From a virus (Duplodnaviria > Caudoviricetes), in IMG/VR virus record IMGVR_UViG_3300015615_000196, positions 288,001-352,000 of that record: 64,000 nucleotides of DNA. The stretch is one strand, 5' to 3'. A program made the position numbers and the translations under genes. Under the pieces are notes generated by a model. It had not been told where the DNA came from. It ran no database searches and saw only the letters and a list, made by a program, of their open reading frames with translations. Shown here in pieces: positions 38,347 to 47,626 of the stretch. The first letter of the stretch is position 1, and each line of letters starts with the position of its first letter.

Positions 38347-39432
38347 TTACTCGTAGTCCCTGATTGCAATAACTTTCGGGAAACGGGGCTTTCCTGCCGG
38401 AGTATAGTTGAAGAAACGAACCGTAGCTTTCTTGCCAATCAAGTCTTTGCGTTTCAATAATTCAGCAAGATAATCCCAATCACCGTTTACCGGGGAATCG
38501 AAATCCTTTCCTTCTTTTGTCTTGAAGTAAAGTTTACCGACTTTGCCTGACATGTTTCCAACGCCTTCCTCAACTCCGAGAACCTTAAACTCGTCATCAA
38601 CGAATTGTTTGTCTTTCAGCAGTGACTTGGTACGCTTGTTCTCGTACACTTTGTCCTGACGAATGATTTGACCTTCATACCCAAGCGACATATAGTATTC
38701 GTATTGAGGCATGATTTTGTCTTCACTTGTGATCGGTGTGGTAAGAACCAATACGCACGATTCAGGAAGATCAAGACCAAGCAACGCATCGTAGCGTTCA
38801 CTGAATGTACCGGGAGCAGACGGGAAATCATAGACGTGGTACTGAATGAAGGCTTTGCTTTCAATCAGGTCATCTTTCGTGGGCTTGCTCTTTCTTGTGA
38901 GCGAAATGATTTTGTTGAAGTTGTTTGCCAGCTTGTCGCAATACAATTCACCGTCCAGAATCAGATCAGGGTCTTTATCGAAAAACGGTTTCAGGTCTTC
39001 AAAAATGTGTGGAGCGGAGAGAATGGCTTTACCATTGCGTGACCAGAGTCCATCGGACTTTGCGATACAACGCATCCCATCCAACTTTGGTTGGGAGTAT
39101 ACGGGGTACTTTAACTTTTTAATGTTTTCGTAGAGATCATCTGCCAGCATCGGCTTGAAGAACACAGGAGTATCAATGTCTTTGATGTTCTCGAATGAAC
39201 CTGCTTCCGTGCGCTTCTTGTGAATTGCACTTGCTTCTGCAAGGGCTTGTTGTTCATCGGTTGTGGCGTTCTTCTTGCCAGTGTTTTTCCCGGCACAAAC
39301 TGTCCATGCACTTGTTACTTTCTCGCCATCGGTGAACCCGGAAGTGGTGCGATACTTGTTTCCTTCAACTTCAATTGTCCATTCTACGACCTTGCCTGTA
39401 GTGGAGCGTTTGTAAAGAATTGGCAGTTTCAT
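38347..39432 (-). CDS. ATP-dependent DNA ligase
   Basis: PMLA, QPKLDGMRC, LDGELY, YEGQIIR, LLK.K, PRFP..IAIRDYE. Confidence 0.93.
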   Translation of the reverse strand: MKLPILYKRSTTGKVVEWTIEVEGNKYRTTSGFTDGEKVTSAWTVCAGKNTGKKNATTDEQQALAEASAIHKKRTEAGSFENIKDIDTPVFFKPMLADDLYENIKKLKYPVYSQPKLDGMRCIAKSDGLWSRNGKAILSAPHIFEDLKPFFDKDPDLILDGELYCDKLANNFNKIISLTRKSKPTKDDLIESKAFIQYHVYDFPSAPGTFSERYDALLGLDLPESCVLVLTTPITSEDKIMPQYEYYMSLGYEGQIIRQDKVYENKRTKSLLKDKQFVDDEFKVLGVEEGVGNMSGKVGKLYFKTKEGKDFDSPVNGDWDYLAELLKRKDLIGKKATVRFFNYTPAGKPRFPKVIAIRDYE

Positions 39433-39440
39433 TGCCTCAT

Positions 39441-39501
39441 TATACGGAGAAAGGGAAATTTTGTTTTGGAGAACGTAACTTTTTTTCGGAATTTGCGTAT
39501 A
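39441..39501. promoter_or_regulatory. divergent pair of phage promoters at the strand switch
   Basis: minus AACAAA-N13-CGTATA (39465-39441); plus AACTTT-N13-CGTATA (39477-39501). Confidence 0.7.
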
Positions 39502-39521
39502 AGTGGCTTAAAGACAGTATT

Positions 39522-40022
39522 ATGGACGAATCTAAACAATTTCAATTGCAAAAACTGGTGATAGACCAGTTTAAAGACACGGACGATCAAACTTTGATCG
39601 ACTTCATGGATAGCTTTGTCTATCATCGTCCAGCAAAGAACGACAAGATCAGTACGTTGATCGAAGACTTTATAAAGCGAAACGGTTTGACTACTGCGTA
39701 CACGAATTACTTAGCCGATTTCGTTGGAGAGAAGACTCAGTTCTTTCGTAGATCGCAAGGAAGTGAAATTACTATGATCGAAAATATCAAAGCTGCATTT
39801 ATGAATGCTGCCTACAATCGATTCAGAGTAAGCGCACAGATTAATGCGAAACAAGCTGACCTAAGCAAAACGTTTCAGAAGGTGCTGAAAAGCATTGACA
39901 AGTTACTGGATGCTGGTAGACTTGAACGCTTCGATGAAGCAATTGATGAATTGAAGGAAATACACTTTGAACACAAGAAAAATGAAAATAGAACACGTCA
40001 TAGAAAACAAAAGGCTCGATGA
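39522..40022 (+). CDS. hypothetical protein
   Basis: ORF after promoter. Confidence 0.7.
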   Translation: MDESKQFQLQKLVIDQFKDTDDQTLIDFMDSFVYHRPAKNDKISTLIEDFIKRNGLTTAYTNYLADFVGEKTQFFRRSQGSEITMIENIKAAFMNAAYNRFRVSAQINAKQADLSKTFQKVLKSIDKLLDAGRLERFDEAIDELKEIHFEHKKNENRTRHRKQKAR

Positions 40023-40404
40023 ATCGATAAAGAAGCAAGCCATCCTTTATAAGGGAGAAGTCTATACATACTTCGACAGTGGCTTGACTCGTCACGTATT
40101 TGCAAACGATGCAAAGACGAAGGTCATCAAAATTCTTGTTGAGAAGGATATGAAAGACTACAACAAGGAAGAAGTTGATGTCTACAAGAATGCCAGTGAA
40201 GAAATTCGGAAGGAACTTGCCAAGACCGAATTGACTTACGATGGCTACGTTGTCGAGCAGGAGTTTTGTAATCCGATCAAGTTCGATAAACGGACATTGA
40301 CCATAGAGCAAATGCTTTTCGCTTCGTCATGCCGTGATGAAGTTGGATGGACTGCCGATGGTCGGTTGGTTTGTTTCGACTTGAGTGAATACAAACACTA
40401 CTAA
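39982..40404 (+). CDS. minimal kinase-like protein
   Basis: SG.TRHVF...VIK, N.EE, VG...DGRLVCFD. Confidence 0.5.
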   Translation: MKIEHVIENKRLDESIKKQAILYKGEVYTYFDSGLTRHVFANDAKTKVIKILVEKDMKDYNKEEVDVYKNASEEIRKELAKTELTYDGYVVEQEFCNPIKFDKRTLTIEQMLFASSCRDEVGWTADGRLVCFDLSEYKHY

Positions 40405-40815
40405 CTAACAGGACTCTTCGCGAATGCGATGAAGTCCTGTTTTAGTTTTTCACCCATCATTTCATAGAGTTCATCGTTGGTATACTTTGCGTCTGGATGT
40501 TGAGGCAATTCAACGTTCAATGGAAATCTTATTTCTTTGTAGGTGATACTGTTTACCGGATCAAGGTAGAGCGCAGATGCAGTGAACTTGAAGTCTCCTT
40601 CAATTTCAGGTTTCATCGTCTCATAATTCAAAATAATTTTTGCCATAAATTCAGTTATGATGTAAATATAAATACATTTACGAAATGAACAATCTGATCG
40701 CGGGAGTTATCATCATACTTGTACTTTTTGCTCTCACGTTCTTCACCCATTTTCGAAATCAACCGCCAGAAGAGAAACCATAGTTTTTCTGTATTTATAA
40801 GAAACACAGAACTTT

Positions 40816-41274
40816 ATGGGCAAGGTTAAAGCAATTTTGGCGTTTTTAACGCTTTTCATTGGTCTGGCGATTGCATCACCAGCACAAACTAAAACACTAC
40901 AACAACCTAAAGCACCTTATGTTTACCGTGACTTGGGGTCGTACAAGTATGACTTCCCGGATGGTAGTTCAGTTGGTGTACATGCATACATTCTTAAAGG
41001 GCCAAACAATAGTGGATACTACACACAATACAGTAACGTTTTCATTTTGGTTGCTGAAAGCAAATCGGTTTTTGGTGGCATGTATAAATCAACTTGGTTG
41101 TATGGTACAAGAGTTTTTATGAATGGTGTCGAGCAGACAGCACAACAATATCCAGCAGGGTATACGGCATACGTCAAGACCAGTCCAACTACAATTTACT
41201 ACTGGTATACGAACGATGAAGAGATTGGCAAATATTACTTTAGTTGGGAAAGTTCGGCATACGAAACCCGATAA
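40816..41274 (+). CDS. secreted protein
   Basis: signal peptide; GTATTTATA upstream. Confidence 0.7.
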   Translation: MGKVKAILAFLTLFIGLAIASPAQTKTLQQPKAPYVYRDLGSYKYDFPDGSSVGVHAYILKGPNNSGYYTQYSNVFILVAESKSVFGGMYKSTWLYGTRVFMNGVEQTAQQYPAGYTAYVKTSPTTIYYWYTNDEEIGKYYFSWESSAYETR

Positions 41275-41288
41275 AACTTAAATAAGTT

Positions 41289-41642
41289 ATGGCAGAAGAA
41301 AAAGAAGAGGATGGCGAAAAAGTCACACTCAGAAACATGAAGTCGATAAACGCCAACACGCAAATCGTGTTTACGATGAAAGGATTCATTGCAACCATAC
41401 TTACCATCTTGGGTATATTCGTGGGGTTTCATAAAATGGTTATTCAACCAGCCATTGAAGAACACAAGCACAACATCGAGAAGTACGAAGAAAGCAACGA
41501 AAAGAAATTTGACAACATCAACAACCGTCTTATCGAAATCACCAACGGTATCGGTACGATCAACGGTAACATTGAAGGTATCAATAATCGCTTCAAAGAC
41601 CTTCAAGTAGTGCGAACTGAAAAGGGAGGAACTTTCAACTAA
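41289..41642 (+). CDS. single-TM coiled-coil protein
   Basis: one TM then heptad I/N repeats. Confidence 0.65.
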   Translation: MAEEKEEDGEKVTLRNMKSINANTQIVFTMKGFIATILTILGIFVGFHKMVIQPAIEEHKHNIEKYEESNEKKFDNINNRLIEITNGIGTINGNIEGINNRFKDLQVVRTEKGGTFN

Positions 41643-41646
41643 ATGT

Positions 41647-41671
41647 AACCTTTTGTCTGGTTTTACGTATA
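41647..41671 (+). promoter_or_regulatory. phage promoter AACCTT-N13-CGTATA
   Basis: motif match. Confidence 0.75.
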
Positions 41672-41695
41672 ATAGGTAAATAACCAGATAAAACG

Positions 41696-42508
41696 ATGAC
41701 AACAGTTTGGGCCGACTCTAAGCATGAACAAAAGTTCGAAGAAAATGACGGTGGACGTTCAAAGTATTTTGACGGAACTACCGGGGATTGCGTAACACGA
41801 GCCATTGCAATCGCAAGTGGCATCGACTACAAAGAAGTGTATGATGCACTCTTTGGCACGATCAAAGCAGAACGCAAAAACAAGCGTACAAAACTTAGCA
41901 GAAAAAGAGCAGGACAATCAGGAACCACTCCGAGAAATGGAGTGCATCGGAAAATCTATGAGCCATATCTTTTGGCAAATGGTTTCCGTTGGGTTCCTCT
42001 CATGCACGTTGGCAGTGGATGCACTGTACACCTTCGTGGTGATGAACTGCCAAAGGGAAGAATCATCGCTTCACTCTCACGTCACTTGGTTGCCGTGATC
42101 GATGGAGTTGTTCACGACATCTACGATCCCACACGAGCAGGACAACGGTGCGTGTACGGTTACTACATCAACGAACGTCCATTACCTGTGAAGAAGGTAA
42201 CAAAGAAAGACGTTGTTAAGAAAGCAACGAAAGGTATGAAGCCTTTGCAGAAACTTTCTTCATGGCACAAAGAAGAAATCGTTCGCCTCATTGACAATCG
42301 ACTTGAAACAATTCAGGACGATCACCTGAGTGCTGACTCGTTCGAGACTGAAACATCACTCAACTTCCTTCGTGACAAAATCGAAAACGGTCTTGTTCAC
42401 GTCTTCACCAAAGAAGAAAAGACTTGGCTCAAGGAAGAACTTTCAAATGCAGATAGCTTGGGTACACTCCGAGCAGGACGATTGATGGAATACGTTGACC
42501 TTCACTAA
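41696..42508 (+). CDS. papain-like fold phage protein
   Basis: GDCVTRAIAIA...RHLVAVIDG...D. Confidence 0.6.
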   Translation: MTTVWADSKHEQKFEENDGGRSKYFDGTTGDCVTRAIAIASGIDYKEVYDALFGTIKAERKNKRTKLSRKRAGQSGTTPRNGVHRKIYEPYLLANGFRWVPLMHVGSGCTVHLRGDELPKGRIIASLSRHLVAVIDGVVHDIYDPTRAGQRCVYGYYINERPLPVKKVTKKDVVKKATKGMKPLQKLSSWHKEEIVRLIDNRLETIQDDHLSADSFETETSLNFLRDKIENGLVHVFTKEEKTWLKEELSNADSLGTLRAGRLMEYVDLH

Positions 42509-43089
42509 TGCCACAGCACAGCCAACGATATTTAGAACGTAGATCGACTCACAAAACGAAACCGATCTCGGAGCATATTGCTCACTTCAAAAAACGTTTG
42601 CTGGAACGATTCGACATTACATTTACTACTGCGGAGTACGACAAACTCCTTTCTCAAATACACGAGACGCTTCCCATCTATGCAATCAATGGTAGCACGA
42701 AAGTATTCGAGACTCACATACAAGGCAAACAGGTTTGGATTCTTTACGGTAACAAAAGCGATAGACAACCAGCACGGTTGAAGACAGCACTGATACCGTA
42801 CACTGGATATATTGTGCCTGATTGTCTCTCTGAGGTCTTCGATCACAAAACCTTTACCGTTGCAGTCAAAGAAACGATTGACTACTTTGTTCAATTGTCT
42901 GACAAGTTGGACATCAACGATCCGATAAAGAAGAAAGAGTTCTTCACTCAACAATCAGCACACAGGACAGCACTGGCGGGAGCGTACTTTTACAAGAAGA
43001 ATAGACTCAACAAAGACTCGTTGGTACACTTAGCAGTACGTCATTTGAAGTACTTGAATAATATTGAGGTAGAAGAAGACGAAAACTAA
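42508..43089 (+). CDS. hypothetical protein
   Basis: HFKKRLLER...KT; TAATG coupling. Confidence 0.7.
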   Translation: MPQHSQRYLERRSTHKTKPISEHIAHFKKRLLERFDITFTTAEYDKLLSQIHETLPIYAINGSTKVFETHIQGKQVWILYGNKSDRQPARLKTALIPYTGYIVPDCLSEVFDHKTFTVAVKETIDYFVQLSDKLDINDPIKKKEFFTQQSAHRTALAGAYFYKKNRLNKDSLVHLAVRHLKYLNNIEVEEDEN

Positions 43090-43115
43090 TTTCAGAAATT
43101 TACGTATATTGCAGC

Positions 43116-43475
43116 ATGAGTTTTCTCGAATGGCTTTTTAACGGGAGTTCAAAATGGACACCAGAGGTCAAAAGACGGGCAACGAACCGGATTAAGGCAC
43201 TCTTTCAAGTCTATTGGAATGGTACATGGGGTGCAGATGCACACTCAAAGTATCCACTCTCAACATTGGAAATCACAAATCTTCAATTCGGTTTTCCGAA
43301 AGATAATCAGGTGTCGGTGATGGTTACTCTTGGTCGTCCCGGCATTCTCATTGGCAAAGGTGGTCGCACGTTGAAAGCACTTGAGGACTATTTGTCCAAC
43401 ATGCATGAAGAAGAGAATCATCCCTATGCAGTCAAAATCTTAATTACAGAATCTAAAATTTGGAAACCGTTATGA
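43116..43475 (+). CDS. type II KH-domain protein resembling the ribosomal protein S3 N-terminus
   Basis: GRPGILIGKGGRTLKAL. Confidence 0.75.
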   Translation: MSFLEWLFNGSSKWTPEVKRRATNRIKALFQVYWNGTWGADAHSKYPLSTLEITNLQFGFPKDNQVSVMVTLGRPGILIGKGGRTLKALEDYLSNMHEEENHPYAVKILITESKIWKPL

Positions 43476-44559
43476 GCAACAAAGCACATTTCATGAAACG
43501 CCTTTTTCAAAATCTATTGTACTTCATTGCAGTAAATGGAGTGGCGTATCTGGTCATTTCATTTCTCAATTGGTCTTTAAGCATTGCCGATTGGGGTGGC
43601 TTCTCTCGACTATTGATGGCGATCATATGGATTGTCATGGTCATTGCAACATACTCTGCGATGAAGACTGTTGTTCGAAACATTAAAGCCAAAGGATAAA
43701 ATGGGAATGAAATTAACCATCGGTGGCAAATGCTCCGATATGTGTCATTCAAAGTTAACGACTGAGGATGGCGGTGTTGATTACGAGAAGGACGGCTACG
43801 TGCCGAAAGGATTGGGTGTCGGTGGTGGTGACTACATTGAATTCGAAGTTGATCTTGAGACAGGTCAAATCTTGAACTGGAAGAAACCAACCGATGAAGC
43901 AATCCATGACTTCATTGAAAAATCAGAGTATCAAACAAATCATACATCAGGATGGGACGGACAGAATTAATACGCCAAATTCTCACGATGCATAATCACT
44001 TCGTGAAGGTCTACATGTCGAAGATATTCAGTAGCGATAACATGGCAGACAAACTTTTCAATCTGGAACTGCTGGATGTAAAGGCCGACAGGTTCTACAT
44101 TGTCGAGCATCTTGCTACCACGAACACGGACTACGAGAACAAAACCTTCAAGCCGATGGTTGAAGTTCGTTATCATCTTCGCAGTCAGGAAGCACGAGCA
44201 TACGGAGACAAGCACAGTGCATTCTATGATCGTTACTTGAGTACGATTGCATTCGACTATGAATCAATTGAGAATCCCGAACAGTGGAAACAAGAACTAC
44301 AGGAAGCGGTAACGAAACTCGAAGCCGAGAGAGAAGCACGTAAACAAACTGCATAATGAAAATCTACAAATCCTGTACTGCTGGAATCAGCGACAAACAA
44401 TTCGAGCAACTTCATTGCAGTGGTCTTTCTACGTTCATTAGCTTTGCAAGGTTGATGAAAGAAAGCATAGGTTCAAACCTCAAACCCCATGAACGAATCC
44501 GGGGAATGGTGATTGATTCTGACGGAGTTACCCTCTATCTGGAAATCGTAAAATAGGGT

Positions 44560-44584
44560 AACCTTTGCCCTGTTTCTACGTATA
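44560..44584 (+). promoter_or_regulatory. phage promoter AACCTT-N13-CGTATA
   Basis: motif match. Confidence 0.75.
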
Positions 44585-44604
44585 AGTGATTAAACAACAG
44601 AAAC

Positions 44605-45063
44605 ATGGCAAAGTACAAGATCACGTTCAAGCAATTTCTCAAGTTCTGTAAACAGAACGGACACGTTATTCCTACATGGCTGGACGAGACAATCTTTAAA
44701 GAAGCCCTTCAAGTCATGGAAGCACAAGGCAAACTTCATGTTTGCAAGTTCATCCTTGACAAATCAAAAGAGAACAACACCCGTGAACAGTTTGACCTGA
44801 AATGGTCAAAGATTGCTGTGGCCGATGTTCTTGAACTGTACCGTGTACTTCCTGTCACAAGCAAAGATGCCAATTCGGTTACGGTGAACGTAGAAGAACT
44901 TCTTCGTGTACTCGAACCCTTCCGGGCAATGGCGAATGAATGCTTGTACAATTCCACCCTTCATCACGATCAAACGGTCTATGCATACAACAAAGCACAG
45001 ATCACAATGGAGAATCTTCGTGACGTGGAGAAACTTGTCAACGACCTTAAAAACCTCAAGTAA
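44605..45063 (+). CDS. hypothetical protein
   Basis: ORF after promoter. Confidence 0.7.
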   Translation: MAKYKITFKQFLKFCKQNGHVIPTWLDETIFKEALQVMEAQGKLHVCKFILDKSKENNTREQFDLKWSKIAVADVLELYRVLPVTSKDANSVTVNVEELLRVLEPFRAMANECLYNSTLHHDQTVYAYNKAQITMENLRDVEKLVNDLKNLK

Positions 45064-45762
45064 CATGGAGCAAACATTCGATCAAGTTTGTCGCAACATT
45101 GATTGGGGCAAAATGGAAAAGAGCAGGGTCACCGTAAAGAACTTGGTGAAAACAAATCCTTCCCTGCAATATCTGGAAAAGTTTCTGGAACAAATTGCTG
45201 ACTCAGCAGTTGACGTGCACGGAATGCCATTGTCCAGTATTTATCCAAGAGCAACGCTTCAAGTAAAAGCGCACGGCAACAGGAATTAACCATGACCAAC
45301 AAAGTGATAGTCGAGTTCGTAGAGGTTAGCCCTCTCGGAGAAGTTGAAGAGAAGCCCATCATGGCGTATGAGGCTCCATTCTATCCTTCATACCATGAGG
45401 GAGAAACTATCACACTGGAAAAAGAAGACGGCTTCATCGAAGACGAAGAAGATGACGATAAAGCCCACCACTACACAATCGTAGACATTCACCATTCTGT
45501 ACGTCAGCAAATCCGTAGCGAGTACTCTGTAAAATCGCAGGTGAAGATGAAGGTTTTCCTTCGTAGAAGCTAATGACTGCACGACCCAAAAAAACTGAAT
45601 TGATTCGTCTCATTCAGACATTGAAGCTACCAGAACAAAGGTATCGAAGCCTTCAAAAGATCGGTCTTACCAAATACAATAAAACCCAATGGGCATGGAA
45701 TGAGGGGCATTTGAAGCTATTAACTCACGAAACCCTGTTCAATATTTTCCAAGAACTTTCCA

Positions 45763-45787
45763 AACCTTTGACCCCGGAATCCGTATA
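45763..45787 (+). promoter_or_regulatory. phage promoter AACCTT-N13-CGTATA
   Basis: motif match. Confidence 0.75.
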
Positions 45788-46940
45788 AGTCTGTAAACAA
45801 CAGAAATATGGATACGACAATTCAAACAACGATTTTTGGCTGGCCCCTCTTTTTGATATTCGCCAGCGTATTTCTCCTGAACTTCTTGATCGCACGTTAC
45901 ATGACCATCCGGCTTCTGCAAAAGAAGTACATCAAGAAAGGTTCACCCGAATTCAAGAAAGCAGTGATCGCATGGTTCATGCCGATTGTCGGTGCACTTG
46001 GATTGTGGATGCTCCTGTGGACACATCATGTCATTGCATTCTGGAAGTCGATCAGCAAGAAACTTTTCCTTAACCACGTTTGATTATGGAGACAAGAGAA
46101 TTGATCCGCAATTTCAGACAAAGTTTTGTTGCGACAGCAGAGAACATTGAAAAACTGGTTGACGACACGAAGGACTGGACTGCATCAGAAATGTCATCGG
46201 TCTCAATTGCATTGGGCATGACAGCAGGTTGTCTTTATGCACTCAAGATGGAACAGAAGTACGGAAAAAAAGTTAGCTTCTAATGAGACGAATTCGCAGA
46301 ACATATCAACGACCAACAAACGCCACTGGACAACTAATGATTTGGCGTAGTGGCTTCGGTCACGATCTGGTTGAAGTGCAAAGTACGAAGGAAATTCTTT
46401 ATGCTCACATCAGCGTAAAATTTCTCACTGGTTTCAGTGTAGGTCAAATCGGTCTCATTCCAGAATCACAGTTGAGAGACACGACACGTCAAACCTTTGA
46501 AAGGTACGATAACTTTGTAGCATCAAGATAATGGCACGGAAACCGAAACTTGCAAACTTCACATTTCAAAAAGTTGACACGTTGTTCAACGAGAGTGTGA
46601 TCATGGTCTTACGCAACAAAGACAAAAAGCACATTGCATCGATTGGTGATAGTCACCGATACGAAATGATAACGGAAGGATTCAATCCTGACGACAACCA
46701 GAGCATTCTGGATTACTTGGCACAGTGGCACTATCTTGACGAAATACCATGAGGAAAATCTTAATTAAGTTTTACAAGCAATGGCGTGAATACGTTCTCG
46801 CTATGAAGATCAGAGAGATCAGAAGAAAGTATGCTGAGTTGTACGGTCTTATCACCGATGGCTCATGGGAAAGACTCTGCCACTTTCAAAAGATGGAACA
46901 GGAAGAAATAAATTCTTTGAAAAGTAGTTGGAAATAAACC

Positions 46941-46966
46941 AACCTTTCAATACGTTTGTACGTATA
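46941..46966 (+). promoter_or_regulatory. phage promoter AACCTT-N14-CGTATA driving ncRNA locus 2
   Basis: motif match; no credible CDS follows before the terminator. Confidence 0.75.
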
Positions 46967-46991
46967 ACTACATATGATCAAAACCCTGCCG

Positions 46992-47065
46992 GACAGTCGA
47001 GTGTTAATGGCCAGCACGGTTCCCACTGACGGGAGCAAGTTTGAGTTCGAATCTCATGTCAGTCG
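46992..47065 (+). tRNA. atypical tRNA-like element (loop ACTGAC; imperfect acceptor)
   Basis: D-arm GTGTT-AATGGCC-AGCAC, GTTCCC-ACTGAC-GGGAGC, TGAG-TTCGAAT-CTCA; acceptor 5 of 7 paired. Confidence 0.6.
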
Positions 47066-47068
47066 TTA

Positions 47069-47488
47069 GAAGGTAGGTGAGATCATATAGCAGTGACCAT
47101 TGGCAATTTGGTGTAACAGAAGCACATCGGTTTCCCCGAAGGAGTGAGTGTTGCGATTCTCACGATTGCCGGAAAGATGGTCACGAAGAAAAGCCCTGAT
47201 AATGCAATGGCTGTCACCAGAGCAAAACAGGCAGTAGGGTTGACAGACTCTATGGGGTAAAAATGACCCCGTTGGCGCATAGGGAGATAGGCTCGAAAGA
47301 GTACGGCCTGACAAAATTCGGGTAAGATCAACCCGGAGACTTGCGACAATGAAACCCTACAGGGTGCAAGAACACGGTGAATAGACTATACGGTAACCAT
47401 CCCGACAACAGCCGTGATCCCTGTATGCGCGAATACGTTGGTCGTATACGTGACAGGTGGCCTCATATGCCCCTTCGAAAACGCCTAC
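47069..47488 (+). ncRNA. large (~420 nt) ornate structured RNA with embedded tRNA-like cloverleaf
   Basis: closing GTAGGTG/CGCCTAC; GTGACCAT/ATGGTCAC enclosing the cloverleaf 47102-47170; GTAGGGTT/AACCCTAC; CTGTCAC/GTGACAG; CTCTATG/CATAGGG; TTCGGGT/ACCCGGA; CACGGT/GCCGTG. Confidence 0.75.
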
Positions 47489-47489
47489 T

Positions 47490-47537
47490 AATCCCCTGCG
47501 GAAGGTCGCCAAAATGACCTGAAACAGGGGATTTTTT
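47490..47537 (+). terminator. intrinsic terminator
   Basis: AATCCCCTG...CAGGGGATT followed by a T-run. Confidence 0.75.
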
Positions 47538-47563
47538 ATTTCAAAAATATTTCAAAAAAGTGA

Positions 47564-47589
47564 AACCTTGTCCTGCCCACCCCCGTATA
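47564..47589 (+). promoter_or_regulatory. phage promoter AACCTT-N14-CGTATA for rIIA
   Basis: motif match. Confidence 0.75.
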
Positions 47590-47626
47590 ATCACACAAGA
47601 AACAACAACAACTAAACAACAGAAAC

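Noticed and set aside
47066-47349. Minus-strand ORFs across ncRNA locus 2
   Set aside because: They are antisense to the promoter/terminator unit and lack protein-like features
47069-47488. Canonical RNase P RNA or group I intron call
   Set aside because: No ACAGAA..CGGCTTA P4 strand. An AGACTATACG word is present, but there is no matching S element and no interrupted host gene. Left as unclassified.
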